Positions 9,773-19,335 of a stretch of DNA of 38,269 nucleotides are shown one piece after another. The stretch comes from an uncultured bacterium (GTDB lineage Bacteria; T1Sed10-126; CAYPTI01). The stretch covers positions 1 to 38,269 of the forward strand of contig CAYPTI010000003.1 in NCBI GenBank assembly GCA_964413525.1. The letters are read 5' to 3'. Numbering within the stretch: the stretch's first letter is position 1; every line of letters starts with the position of its first letter. The position numbers and the translations under genes were made by a program. The notes beneath the pieces were generated by a model, which ran no database searches, had not been told where the DNA came from, and worked only from the letters and a program-made list of their open reading frames with translations.

Positions 9773-10759
9773 TCAGCCTGCGACTTCCGTCCGACCCCCC
9801 TGAACGGACCAGGAGGGTAAATTCGGCCAGTCGGGAGGTGGGGACGCCTCGAGCAGGCGATTCGCCCGGCGAACGTCCCGCTCAATCTGCTCCGTCAACT
9901 CCTCAACCGACGAAAACTCCTTCTCGGGGCGCAGAAAATCGGTCAGGGAGACCCGGATCCGGTCCCCCGGTTCCCAGACCCGTTCCGGATCCAGCAGATG
10001 GACCTCAAGCACAAAGTCCCCGTCCGAATCCACGGTCGGCCGACGGCCGAAGTTCGCCACGCCGAATTCCTCAAGGTGTGGACCGGCACGAACCAGGTAG
10101 ACTCCTCGCCGGGGATGAAGCGTGTCTTCGATGGGCAGATTCATGGTGGGGAACCCGATCGTTCCCCCTCGCCCATCCCCGGTTTGGATCGTACCCCGGA
10201 CCGTGTAGGGACGGCTCATGAGTTCGGCGGCCCGATCCGGTTCCCCCTCCCGGAGGGTCTGGCGGATCGTCGAACTGCTCACGGGCTCGTCGTCCACGGA
10301 AACCGGTTCGGCGACGGACACGCCGCTCCCGGAGCCCTGCAGTTGGTTACTCAGTTGGTCGGTGGTGCCCCTTCGCCGGTGACCGTAGCGGAAATCGTAC
10401 CCCACGCTCACATGACGGGCGTTGCCTTCTTCAACCAGCCAGTTCCCGAACCGTTCCGGGGACCAGGAGGCAAATTCCCGGGTGAACTCCACCTCGTAAA
10501 TTGCCCGGAACCCGAGGTTTCTCAGCAACGTTTGTTTGTCATCCAGGTTCAGCAATCGCCGTTCGGTGGGTTTACTGTCCGTCAGGACGAGCTCGGGTTC
10601 CGGTCGGAAGGTCAGGACCGCCGGTCGAAGACCCTGGCGCACGGACTCCTCAAGGGCTCGCTTCAAGACCGCCAGATGACCCGGGTGGAGCCCATCGAAG
10701 GTCCCGACGGCCAGAGATTGGCCGGGGGGAGCGGTAAACAGATCCTCGGCGGGGGTCAT
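9773..10759 (-). CDS. ribF: bifunctional riboflavin kinase / FMN adenylyltransferase
   Basis: GTFDGLHPGHLAVLKRA (adenylyltransferase motif) and GFPTMNL...VYLVR (riboflavin kinase part); 328 aa. Confidence 0.9.
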   Translation of the reverse strand: MTPAEDLFTAPPGQSLAVGTFDGLHPGHLAVLKRALEESVRQGLRPAVLTFRPEPELVLTDSKPTERRLLNLDDKQTLLRNLGFRAIYEVEFTREFASWSPERFGNWLVEEGNARHVSVGYDFRYGHRRRGTTDQLSNQLQGSGSGVSVAEPVSVDDEPVSSSTIRQTLREGEPDRAAELMSRPYTVRGTIQTGDGRGGTIGFPTMNLPIEDTLHPRRGVYLVRAGPHLEEFGVANFGRRPTVDSDGDFVLEVHLLDPERVWEPGDRIRVSLTDFLRPEKEFSSVEELTEQIERDVRRANRLLEASPPPDWPNLPSWSVQGGRTEVAG

Positions 10760-11763
10760 GAGTTTTGTCCGCGGTGCTTGCGAAGCCTCTGGTGGAACAG
10801 CTTCAGAACCCGGTCCCGGACCGCCGACAGATCTCCCTCCACGGTGGCTCCGGCCGCCTGATCGTGACCCCCGCCTCCGAGTTCCCGCACGGTGGTAAGC
10901 AGGTCAAAGCCATGTTTTGAGCGAAAGTTAATCTTCACGGTTCCGTCCGACTGTTCCCAGAAGAGCAACGCCACCTCACAGGTATCGATTCGACGCAACA
11001 GTTCCACCGCCCCGTTCACGTCGTCCGATTCGACCCCCACGGTCCGGAGATCCTCCAGCCGGACCTGGCTCCAGACCAGTCCGTCACGAGACCGGGCCCT
11101 CTGCAGAATGATCCCCAGCAACTTCGTCGCCCGCAGAGTCTCCCGTTCGTAGAGGTTTTTGTACACCTCGTGGGGATTGAATTGTCCCCGCTCAAGCAGG
11201 AGAGAGGCGATCCGGTGACTCGCGGACCCTGTGTTGGAATGACGGAATCCTCCGGTGTCCGTAAGCAGGCTCACGTACAGGGGTTCACAGGCCTCAACGG
11301 GCAATTCGGTCCCGTTGGCTTCGTACAGGTAATACACCAGCTCGCCCACGCAGGAAAGGGTCGGATCGACGTAGTGATGGGTTCCGGTCGGGTTGTCCTG
11401 GGGATGATGATCCAGGTTGATCAGCACGTCGTGCCGGGTCAGGTACTCCTTCAGGGGGCCAGCCCGGTCGACGCTTCCGCAATCCAGCAGAACGACCGCA
11501 TCCACGGATCCGTTCGGGGGGTCCTGTCGAAAGTCCTCGATCCCCTCGAGAAACCCGTAGCGGGGCGGGACCGGATCCGGACTTAACAGGAACACTTCGG
11601 TTCCGAAGGAGCGCAGCAGGGGCCGAAGCCCGAGCTGGGAACCAATGCAATCCCCGTCCGGTCGCGTGTGTCCACACATCGCGACGCTCTTCGCTTGCCG
11701 GAAAACATCAAGGATTTCCTTCAGCCGGTCAGTCTTCGGTCCCGTGTCCACCACGGTCCTCAC
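10756..11763 (-). CDS. nrnA: DHH/DHHA1 phosphoesterase, NrnA-like oligoribonuclease / pAp phosphatase
   Basis: DHH motifs HTRPDGDCIGS, VVLLDCG, INLDHH and DHHA1 motif GGGGHDQAAG; 335 aa. The 4-nt stop/start overlap with ribF suggests coupling. Confidence 0.8.
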   Translation of the reverse strand: MRTVVDTGPKTDRLKEILDVFRQAKSVAMCGHTRPDGDCIGSQLGLRPLLRSFGTEVFLLSPDPVPPRYGFLEGIEDFRQDPPNGSVDAVVLLDCGSVDRAGPLKEYLTRHDVLINLDHHPQDNPTGTHHYVDPTLSCVGELVYYLYEANGTELPVEACEPLYVSLLTDTGGFRHSNTGSASHRIASLLLERGQFNPHEVYKNLYERETLRATKLLGIILQRARSRDGLVWSQVRLEDLRTVGVESDDVNGAVELLRRIDTCEVALLFWEQSDGTVKINFRSKHGFDLLTTVRELGGGGHDQAAGATVEGDLSAVRDRVLKLFHQRLRKHRGQNS

Positions 11764-12109
11764 GTTCCTCTCTCAACTCATCCATGATCGAGCTCAACCG
11801 GGCGGCCTCCCGGATCGAGGTGTCCTCCTCAAACCGGAGTTCCGGGATGTACTTTAAATCAAGCTGTTCGGCCATGTAATGCTTGATCGCCCCGACCCGA
11901 TCGATGAGTCGACCGAGGATCCGGCGGCGGGCCTCCTCGTCGTCTTCGAGATGACTGACGTGAACCCGGGCGTGTTTCTGATCGCTGGACAATTCGACCC
12001 GGGTTACCGACAAAAGATCGGTCCCGGGAATGGACAGCTCACGGCGGATGATCCGGGAAAGTTCGCGTTTGAGATGGGTTTCCAGCTGGCGATGGCGCTG
12101 ACTCGTCAT
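11729..12109 (-). CDS. rbfA: ribosome-binding factor A
   Basis: RHRQLETHLKRELSRIIRRELS...LLSVTRVELSSDQKHARVHVS is RbfA-like. Start set to ATG 12107-12109 (GGAAGG 9 nt upstream); the track start at 12148 would overlap DUF503. Confidence 0.8.
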   Translation of the reverse strand: MTSQRHRQLETHLKRELSRIIRRELSIPGTDLLSVTRVELSSDQKHARVHVSHLEDDEEARRRILGRLIDRVGAIKHYMAEQLDLKYIPELRFEEDTSIREAARLSSIMDELREEREDRGGHGTED

Positions 12110-12144
12110 GACTGCGGTCCTTCCGTTATCGGTCGCTCCGCCGG

Positions 12145-12432
12145 TCAAAAAATGGTCGTGGAGGTTTCTCGAAGCACAATGGCGGGATCCCTCGCTATGA
12201 TGTCCTCCACCCGGTCCAGCAGGGCTTCAACCGCTCCTGAACTCGAACTCACGGCGGCGATGCCAAGGTTCAAAAGCCGGTGATGTTCGCGGTGTCCGAG
12301 GGTGCTGATCGATACGTTGTGATCGTTGCGGATTCGGTCGATCAAACTTTTGGTCACCGACCGTTTATCCTTCAGGGAAAAGCTCCCCGGACAGTACAGC
12401 GTAACCTCAAGCAGGCCGACGGCGGCGGTCAA
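12145..12432 (-). CDS. DUF503 (YlxP-like) protein
   Basis: 95 aa. LEVTLYCPGSFSLKDKRSVTKSLIDRIRNDHNVSISTLGHREHHRLLNLGIAAVS matches the YlxP/DUF503 pattern. It lies between infB and rbfA as in the Bacillus nusA-infB operon. Confidence 0.75.
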   Translation of the reverse strand: MTAAVGLLEVTLYCPGSFSLKDKRSVTKSLIDRIRNDHNVSISTLGHREHHRLLNLGIAAVSSSSGAVEALLDRVEDIIARDPAIVLRETSTTIF

Positions 12433-14495
12433 CTAAGGGTTGCCTCCACCTCGCGGCGCTCGTAGATCTCCAGTTCGTCTCCGACTTTGATGTCGTTATA
12501 ATCCTCGATGCCGATGCCGCATTCGTATCCTTCGGCCACCTCGTTCACGTCCTCCTGGAACCGTTTGAGGGAATCGATTTCCCCGTCATGAACGATGGCT
12601 CCGTCCCGGATCAGGCGAACTCGGGCGTTTCGACGGACGGTCCCGGCATCCACGTAGGACCCCGCGATCGTGCCCACCCCCGAAATGTCAAATACATCCC
12701 GAACCTCAACCCGACCGATAACCTGCTCCTCGACCTCCGGTGCAAGCATGCCTTCCAGCGCGGCGTGGACGTCCTCAATGGCTTCGTAAATGACCGAGTA
12801 GGTCCGGATCTCGATGCCCCGTTCCGAGGCCAGTTTCCGGGCCCGGTTGTCCGGGCTAACGTTGAACCCGATGATGGTTGCGTCGGAGGCCTCCGCCAGG
12901 TTCACGTCGGATTCGTTAATCCCTCCCACGCCGGTATGGATCACGCGCGCATTCACTTCGTCGGACTCCACGGATTCAAAGGATTCCTGCAGGACTTCGA
13001 CGGAGCCGTGCGTGTCCGCCTTGACCAGCAGATTGAGGTGTTTCACCTTCCCCTCCTCAAGGAACTCCTGTAGCTGTTCCATGGTGACCCGTTTCTGATC
13101 CACCTGAGAGTCCGCTTTTCGCTGGTCGGCCCGTTCATCGGCCAGTTCTCTGGCTTCCGATTCGGACTCGACCACCTTGAACTGATCACCCGAGGTCGGC
13201 AGGTCGTCGAACCCCATCACTTCCACCGGCTCCCCGGGGGGCATTTCGTCCACCCGTTCCCCGAAACTGTCGATCAGGGCACGGACACTCCCGTACGTTC
13301 CCCCGGCCACAAACGGATCCCCCCGTTTCAGGGTCCCCTGCCGGTTGATCACCGTGGCCGTCGGTCCCATGCCCTGTTTCATCTCGGCCTCGATCACGGT
13401 TCCCCGGACGGGCCGGTTCGGGGCCGCGGTGAGTTCCAGCAGTTCCGCCTGAAGGTCAATCATCTCCAGCAGTTCGTCGATTCCGTCCCCTTCCAAGGCG
13501 GAGACCTCCACCATGATGGTCTCGCCACCCCACTCCTCGGGAATGAGGTCGTGTTCGGAAAGCTGCTGGCGGACCCGGTCCGCGTCGACGTCCGGCAGAT
13601 CCATCTTGTTGATCGCCACGAGAATCGGGACGTCGGCCTCCCGGGCGTGGTGGATCGATTCAACGGTCTGGGGCTGGACTCCGTCGTTGGCCGCCACCAC
13701 GAGAATCACCAGATCCGTAACCCCGGCTCCCCTGGCGCGGAGGTTCGTAAAGGCTTCGTGCCCCGGGGTGTCGATGAACACGAACTCCCCCGCCGGATGC
13801 TCCAGTTTGTAGGCCCCGATGTGCTGGGTGATGCCACCGGACTCCCCGCCGGCCACGTTTGTTTCCCGGAGGGTGTCCAGAAGCTGCGTCTTCCCGTGGT
13901 CCACGTGACCCATCACGGTGATGACCGGAGGCCGGGGTTCCAGCTCCTCCGCGTCAATGTTCTCGTCGAGCTCTACTTCCTCATAATATTGAGTTTCCTC
14001 GTCCTCATCCTCCTGAAACTCGACCTCAAATCCGCGCTCCTCCGCCAGCAATTCAACCGCTTCCTCGGAAAGTCGCTGGTTGATCGTCGCCATGACCCCC
14101 AGGTCAATCAGGGATTTGATCAGTTCGTTGGCCGGTTCGTCCAGCCGGTCGGCCAGTTCCTCAGGGGTTATCCCCCGAGTTACCGTCAGGACTCGCTCGG
14201 ATTCCTCCCCGGCAGAATCTTCCGCTTCCTCGGTGGGGGGTTCGGAACCCGTTTCCTCCGGTTCGGAAGGAACTTCAGCCTCTTCGTCGGACTCGGGTTC
14301 CGGTTCCGACTGCTCCTCCGGGGGAACCCCGTCGGCTTCCGGTTCGTCGGCCAAGTATTCCCTCAACATTTCGGCGGTTTCGTCGTCCACCCCGGACATG
14401 TGGTTCGAGACTTCCACATCCCACTCTTCTTCAAGCAGGGTGATCACGTCCTTGCTGGACAACCCCACCTCTTCGGCCAGTTCATACACTCTCAT
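12429..14495 (-). CDS. infB: translation initiation factor IF-2
   Basis: 688 aa. Acidic N-terminal region; GTPase domain [29 protein letters not shown]; C-terminal IF-2 domains. Confidence 0.96.
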   Translation of the reverse strand: MRVYELAEEVGLSSKDVITLLEEEWDVEVSNHMSGVDDETAEMLREYLADEPEADGVPPEEQSEPEPESDEEAEVPSEPEETGSEPPTEEAEDSAGEESERVLTVTRGITPEELADRLDEPANELIKSLIDLGVMATINQRLSEEAVELLAEERGFEVEFQEDEDEETQYYEEVELDENIDAEELEPRPPVITVMGHVDHGKTQLLDTLRETNVAGGESGGITQHIGAYKLEHPAGEFVFIDTPGHEAFTNLRARGAGVTDLVILVVAANDGVQPQTVESIHHAREADVPILVAINKMDLPDVDADRVRQQLSEHDLIPEEWGGETIMVEVSALEGDGIDELLEMIDLQAELLELTAAPNRPVRGTVIEAEMKQGMGPTATVINRQGTLKRGDPFVAGGTYGSVRALIDSFGERVDEMPPGEPVEVMGFDDLPTSGDQFKVVESESEARELADERADQRKADSQVDQKRVTMEQLQEFLEEGKVKHLNLLVKADTHGSVEVLQESFESVESDEVNARVIHTGVGGINESDVNLAEASDATIIGFNVSPDNRARKLASERGIEIRTYSVIYEAIEDVHAALEGMLAPEVEEQVIGRVEVRDVFDISGVGTIAGSYVDAGTVRRNARVRLIRDGAIVHDGEIDSLKRFQEDVNEVAEGYECGIGIEDYNDIKVGDELEIYERREVEATLS

Positions 14496-14615
14496 GCTCG
14501 ATCGCTCCTCACAGTGGTTGAATCAATCCCCGGGGCGACCCGTTGGAGTCGTTCTCCGGGGTTGCGGTCAACTGAATTTCGTTGAATGACAAACAGGTCC
14601 AGTGCGGTCTTGCCA

Positions 14616-16115
14616 TCAGCGGGTTGAAGAATCCGAAAAGACTTCCTCCGATGGATCGGGTTCCTCCGATTCGTCCGACGAATCCTCATCTTCTTCGGGT
14701 TCCTCCGAATCCGTGGACGGTTCCTCATCGGCGTCCTTGAAAATACTTTGTTTGATCTCTTCCGCCGTGTCTCCGGGACTGACGGCCGGCTCTTCCTCCG
14801 GCTCCTCGGCCACCGACCGCTGAACGAAGGTCCGTACCTGTTCCACCACGGACTCCGCCGTTTTGCTTCCGATTCCGGGAACTTTTTCGAGTTCCTCCTG
14901 ACCCTTCTCGAGAATGGCCTGCGGATCGTCCAGACCACGGTCTTCCATTTCAGCGGCGGTTTTCGGTCCAATTCCTTCGAGTTCTTCCACATCAAATTCG
15001 TCGGTGAGCTCGTCGCTTCCCTTAAACAGCCGGGCCGCGACCTCGTAGGCCTCTTCACTGTGGAGGGCCGCGAATTCCCGCTCGCCGTACACGTCGATGG
15101 ACCAGTCGACCAGCTTCGCGGTGAGCCGGGCGTTCTGTCCGCCCTTGCCGATGGCCAGGGAAAGCTGATCGTCCGGCACCACCACCTGGGCGGTGTTCTC
15201 CTCCTCCACCAGGTTCACCCGGGACACCTCGGCCGGGGAGAGGGCGTTTTCAATAAATTGTTCCAGCTTCTCGTGATAGGGAATGATGTCGATCTTCTCC
15301 CCGTTGATTTCCTGTACGATGGATTGAATGCGAGAGCCCTGTGGTCCGACGCAGGTTCCGATTGGATCCAGGGAGGGATCGTTGGTTTTGACGGCAACCT
15401 TGGACCGCCGGCCGGCTTCCCGGGCCACGTCCATGATCTCGACCAGTCCGTCGTGCACCTCGGGTATATGCAGCTCGAACAGCCGCTCCACGAGAACGGG
15501 ATGGGAGCGAGACACCACCACGACGAGCTTCTGTCCGTCGTCCTCAAGGCTTACTTTGACGAGCAAAAACTTCATCCGGTTTCCAACCGAGTAGTCGTCC
15601 GCCTCCACCTGTTCCCGGTAGGGAAGGATGGCTTCGACGTCCTGACCGAGCCGAACGTATACGGTCTTCTCCCGCACCCGCTGAATGATCCCGTTGTGGA
15701 GTTCCAGAACCTGATCCTTGAACTCCTCGTGCTGATCTCGTTGCTGACCGATGGTGATGTTCTGCTGCATGATTTGTTTAAGATCCTGAGTCGCGGTTCG
15801 GCTTAACTGAGACAGATCCAGGGGGACCCAGACCCGTTCCCCGAGTTCGGCCTCCGGATCGTGTTCGCGGGCTTCCTCCAGGGTCACCTGATGGGTCGGG
15901 TCGAAGGGATCCCGAACCACTTCTTTTTCGGCCAGAACATCGATCTGGTTGTTTCCGATGTCGATGGTGACGTCGACGTCGAACTCATCAACGATGCCAA
16001 AATCCTTGCGACACGACTGTTCGAGTGCCTCGGAAAAGGCATCGATGACCACCGTTTCATCCAGGTTCTTCTCCTCCTGGATTTCTCGAACCGCACCTAA
16101 AAACGAATCATCCAT
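14616..16115 (-). CDS. nusA: transcription termination/antitermination factor NusA
   Basis: N-terminal domain, S1, two KH (GPQGSRIQSIVQEINGEKIDII; IGKGGQNARLTAKLVDWSIDV), HhH-like region and a very acidic tail. The start overlaps the rimP stop. Confidence 0.95.
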   Translation of the reverse strand: MDDSFLGAVREIQEEKNLDETVVIDAFSEALEQSCRKDFGIVDEFDVDVTIDIGNNQIDVLAEKEVVRDPFDPTHQVTLEEAREHDPEAELGERVWVPLDLSQLSRTATQDLKQIMQQNITIGQQRDQHEEFKDQVLELHNGIIQRVREKTVYVRLGQDVEAILPYREQVEADDYSVGNRMKFLLVKVSLEDDGQKLVVVVSRSHPVLVERLFELHIPEVHDGLVEIMDVAREAGRRSKVAVKTNDPSLDPIGTCVGPQGSRIQSIVQEINGEKIDIIPYHEKLEQFIENALSPAEVSRVNLVEEENTAQVVVPDDQLSLAIGKGGQNARLTAKLVDWSIDVYGEREFAALHSEEAYEVAARLFKGSDELTDEFDVEELEGIGPKTAAEMEDRGLDDPQAILEKGQEELEKVPGIGSKTAESVVEQVRTFVQRSVAEEPEEEPAVSPGDTAEEIKQSIFKDADEEPSTDSEEPEEDEDSSDESEEPDPSEEVFSDSSTR

Positions 16116-16617
16116 CTAGGGATCGTCCTTCCGAACGTAATGCAGCCTCCGGATCGAAGTACAACCGGGTGCTGGCTACCTGTTCACGGGGGATTTCGAT
16201 TCGTTCCCCGTCCACGTCCAACATGAGGACCTCGTCGGTTCGGCCCTTCAACACGCCCTTCCACCGTTTCCGGTCGCGGTAGGAACCAAAACAATTCACG
16301 ATAACCTCTCGGTCCGCGAACCGATCGTATTCGTGGTCCCGGCGAAGCCGCCGTTCCACCCCGGGGGTCGTGACCTCCAGGTCATAGCCCCCCTCGAAAC
16401 CAAGATCCTCCAGGCTCAGGACGGGTGATACGTGTTCGGTCACTTCCTGGCAGTCCCGGGTCCCCACGGGACCGTCCTCCCGGGCAATGACCAGCCGAAT
16501 TACCGGATCACGTTCGTGAGTCTGAAGCTCCAGGTCGAGAAGACTCACACCCAGAGGTTCGACAATGGGAACCAACGTTTCGAACAAACGCTGCTCACGG
16601 TGGGTTATTTTTGGCAC
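16108..16617 (-). CDS. rimP: ribosome maturation factor RimP
   Basis: 169 aa, immediately upstream of nusA. LGVSLLDLEL...IRLVIAREDGPVGTRDCQEVTEHVSPVL is RimP-like. GTG start with GGGAGGA upstream. Confidence 0.85.
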   Translation of the reverse strand: MPKITHREQRLFETLVPIVEPLGVSLLDLELQTHERDPVIRLVIAREDGPVGTRDCQEVTEHVSPVLSLEDLGFEGGYDLEVTTPGVERRLRRDHEYDRFADREVIVNCFGSYRDRKRWKGVLKGRTDEVLMLDVDGERIEIPREQVASTRLYFDPEAALRSEGRSLDG

Positions 16618-16708
16618 AAGAATCCTCCCGGTTAATAAATCACTTATTGTAACCTACGCCGAGGAATTCATGAAGTTGGAAGAAAGCGGCCGGCGGCTGA
16701 TCGGACGT

Positions 16709-18478
16709 TCAGGTGAGGGATGTTTCCCGCGGTTGGTCGGGAGGGTGAATTTCTTCCAGCCGGCCGAGTCCGTAGTCTTCCACCTCAACCGGGGCCACCA
16801 GTTCGACCTCGTCCCCCACGTCGAAGGAGCCGTCGCGACGATAGGTTCCCCGCTGGGAAAACAACGGTTCCTCCGGGATGTCCCCGGTGGCGGAACGCAA
16901 CCGCTGTAGCAGGGTCTCGTAGTCGAAGGATGTTCTGCGTTCGTACCGCTTTCCATCCTCCAGCCGATCGTCCCCGGTGTAGGTCTTGCCCTCCTCATCC
17001 ACCAGCTGCGGACCCTGCCGGTAGGTACGGTTCTCCCACCGAACCAACAGGGCTTCGTCCGGAAGAAATTCCTCCGCTCGAAATTCCGGTTCCTCCTCCG
17101 TCTCCTCGGGCGGGACGATCCGGATCCGATCCCCGGAACGCACCTCCCGATCTCCGTTGGCTTCGTCTCCGTTCCGAAAATATTGGATTCGGGTCGTCTC
17201 CCCGGGTCGCCGGGTATGGGTCTCCCCGCCGACGACGACCATAACCGCTTCCCCCTCCGGTTCCGTCTCCCGGATTCCCTCCTCGCGGGCGAGTTCCTCC
17301 AGCGTCGGGGCCGATCGGACCGCCCGCAACCGCGTTTCTCCGTTAACTTCGAACCGAAACACCTTCCGGACATCCTCGGACACGGCACTCTGAAGGACGC
17401 CGATTACCGTGTAATCGGAAGACCGCTTGATCAACCCGTCCGAGTCCTTGAGAGGGGCGCGAACCGGAGGAGGTTGATTGAGGATGTCGGCTTCCCGAAC
17501 GTCGAAGACCTTCGAGACGATTCGGGGTAAGAAGGGAAACTGGGCTCCGCCGCCGGCCAGACAGATCTGGTCCGGGGACCACCCCTCACACCGATCACGA
17601 AGGCTTTGAAGCTGATCCCGGACCACCGGCATTAAGGTCGAAATCAGCTCCTGACGGGAGAGCTCAACCCTCCGGCCCGTCCAGTCCTCCGACTCAAATC
17701 GGGATTCTCCGGCAAGCCCGTGTTTCGCTCGCTGAGCCTGATCGAACGTTAGCCCGTAGGTTTCCTCCAGAGCTTCGGTCAACTGATCGCCGCTCCCCCC
17801 GACGGACGTAACTCCCTCGAGCCGTCCCCGGGATAGCAACGTGGCGTCCAGGGTCCCCGCCCCGAAATCAAGCAGCATCAGGCGAATCTTCAGTCTTTCC
17901 TCGGGAAAGGCGGCTCGGACCGCGGCGATCGGCTCGAGAACCAGGGATCCCGGGACCAGCCCGGCCTGCTCCAGAACGGCCAGGCGGCTCTGTAGATCGG
18001 CCTGGGGAAGCGCCTGAACCGACCAGCGAACACGGGCCTCCCGACCGAACTGTCCCGCGAAGGAACCGACCCTCGTTCCGTCCACGGTCTTCTCCATGAC
18101 CCGATCGGATACCACGAAGTACTCCCCGGGCAGGTTCAGGGTACGCTGAAGCGCCAGGCGGTCCAGCGTATCGTCTGGGAACTCACCGGGCCCGCTCCGC
18201 TCGACCGATTCGGTGATTTCCTCCTGATGAAGTCGCCGGGCGGAAATCGCAAAATGGGCTCGGGACGTATCCAGGTTCACCTGGCTTTCCAGCCCCGAAA
18301 TGACCCTTCGCAGGGTCTCCGCGGCCCGATCCCGGTCAACGATTCGTCCCTCGCGAACGGCATCCGGGTGATGCTTCTCCTCCGCCCGGGCCACCAGTTC
18401 TACCTGTCCCTCACGCCGGCGGCCGACCGTCCCGATCACCGTGCCGGTCCCCAGGTCAATGGCTACCAGTTCACTCAT
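16709..18478 (-). CDS. FtsA/PilM/EutJ-like actin-fold (ASKHA) ATPase with ~200-aa C-terminal extension of unknown family
   Basis: From ATG 18476-18478: MSELVAIDLGTGTVIG (phosphate-1), REGRIVDRDRAAETLRRV, LVLEPIAAVRA, LLDFGAGTLDATLL (phosphate-2), GGSGDQLTEAL, LAGGGAQFPFL (adenosine motif). The 50 codons upstream in the ORF track overlap the Smr gene. The C-terminal ~200 aa are acidic with no motif I recognise. Confidence 0.7.
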   Translation of the reverse strand: MSELVAIDLGTGTVIGTVGRRREGQVELVARAEEKHHPDAVREGRIVDRDRAAETLRRVISGLESQVNLDTSRAHFAISARRLHQEEITESVERSGPGEFPDDTLDRLALQRTLNLPGEYFVVSDRVMEKTVDGTRVGSFAGQFGREARVRWSVQALPQADLQSRLAVLEQAGLVPGSLVLEPIAAVRAAFPEERLKIRLMLLDFGAGTLDATLLSRGRLEGVTSVGGSGDQLTEALEETYGLTFDQAQRAKHGLAGESRFESEDWTGRRVELSRQELISTLMPVVRDQLQSLRDRCEGWSPDQICLAGGGAQFPFLPRIVSKVFDVREADILNQPPPVRAPLKDSDGLIKRSSDYTVIGVLQSAVSEDVRKVFRFEVNGETRLRAVRSAPTLEELAREEGIRETEPEGEAVMVVVGGETHTRRPGETTRIQYFRNGDEANGDREVRSGDRIRIVPPEETEEEPEFRAEEFLPDEALLVRWENRTYRQGPQLVDEEGKTYTGDDRLEDGKRYERRTSFDYETLLQRLRSATGDIPEEPLFSQRGTYRRDGSFDVGDEVELVAPVEVEDYGLGRLEEIHPPDQPRETSLT

Positions 18479-18734
18479 GGGTTCCTCCGTATTCCACCAC
18501 CGTGACCCCCGCTCCCCCTTCAAATACGGAGGCGGTTGAGTATTGTTCGACGTACTCCATCTCGTCGAGGAGGTTATGGACCGCCCGGCGAAGGGTTCCT
18601 TTCCCCTTACCATGGATGATCCGTACACGCTTCCAACCGAGCGAGTAACCCCGGTCCAGAAAGGGTAGCAGGCTCATCCTGAGGTCTCCGGGACGGCGGT
18701 TGTGAAGGTCAATTTCTCCATCGACGACGTTCAT
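18471..18734 (-). CDS. Smr (small MutS-related) domain protein
   Basis: MNVVDGEIDLHNRRPGDL...VRIIHGKGKGTLRRAV is the Smr pattern (LDLHG ... iiHGkG.G.L). Start set at ATG 18732-18734 (GGAGG 9 nt upstream). The stop overlaps the next start in ATGAGTGA. Confidence 0.75.
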   Translation of the reverse strand: MNVVDGEIDLHNRRPGDLRMSLLPFLDRGYSLGWKRVRIIHGKGKGTLRRAVHNLLDEMEYVEQYSTASVFEGGAGVTVVEYGGTHE

Positions 18735-19335
18735 TTTGAGGAACCTCCGACCGGTGCGGGACATCCAGATAAAACCTCCATAGTTTATCCTGTGCCTGCT
18801 GGATTCCCACCCGGGGACTTCTGTAAACCGCTTCTTCCGGCGGAGTGTCGGGAACCACCAGGCAAAATTCATCCACCTCAACCGAACGACCGGAAAACTG
18901 ATCGTCTACCTTCAGGGCCTCCGCCAGCTTGCCGGGACCGTTGGTCAGTTCCACTCCGGTCGTGCTCCGAAGGGCCTCCATCTGCGCTTTTCCCTCCATG
19001 GGTTCGGCCGCCCGGATCAGGACGGCTTCCCCCGTTCCCTCCTCCCCGCAGCTCACGTTGATCATCCAGTGGATTCCGTAACACAGGTACACGTACCAGT
19101 GACCGGCCGCGGCAAACATCGGTTCGGTCCGATCAGTCCTGCCGTGGAACGAATGGGAGGCCGGATCGTCCTCCCGGTAGGCCTCGGTCTCCACGATCCG
19201 CGCCCGCATCAACCCTTCCGGCGTCCGACGAACGAGTTCGTATCCGAGCAACCCCGGAGCCGCCTCCAGGACGGGTTGGGTGAGCACCTGCGTTACGGGT
19301 GTGGTGGTTCGCTCCCGTTCTACCCCGGAGGCCAT
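18709..19335 (-). CDS. mpg: DNA-3-methyladenine glycosylase (AAG/Mpg family)
   Basis: RIVETEAYREDDPASHSFHGRTDRTEPMF...GHWYVYLCYGIHWMINV...LTNGPGKL...SPRVGI matches the Mpg/AAG family. Confidence 0.85.
   Translation of the reverse strand: MASGVERERTTTPVTQVLTQPVLEAAPGLLGYELVRRTPEGLMRARIVETEAYREDDPASHSFHGRTDRTEPMFAAAGHWYVYLCYGIHWMINVSCGEEGTGEAVLIRAAEPMEGKAQMEALRSTTGVELTNGPGKLAEALKVDDQFSGRSVEVDEFCLVVPDTPPEEAVYRSPRVGIQQAQDKLWRFYLDVPHRSEVPQNERRRWRN

Noticed and set aside
16646-16674. Possible rimP operon promoter (minus strand TTCATG, 17 nt, TACAAT).
   Set aside because: The -10 is good, but the -35 matches only 3/6 positions. That is too weak to list as a feature without a mapped TSS.
18735-18881. 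Longer Smr ORF start at 18881.
   Set aside because: The extra 49 codons overlap the mpg C-terminus and are Trp/Arg-rich. ATG 18732-34 has a GGAGG at proper spacing and begins right before the Smr core.
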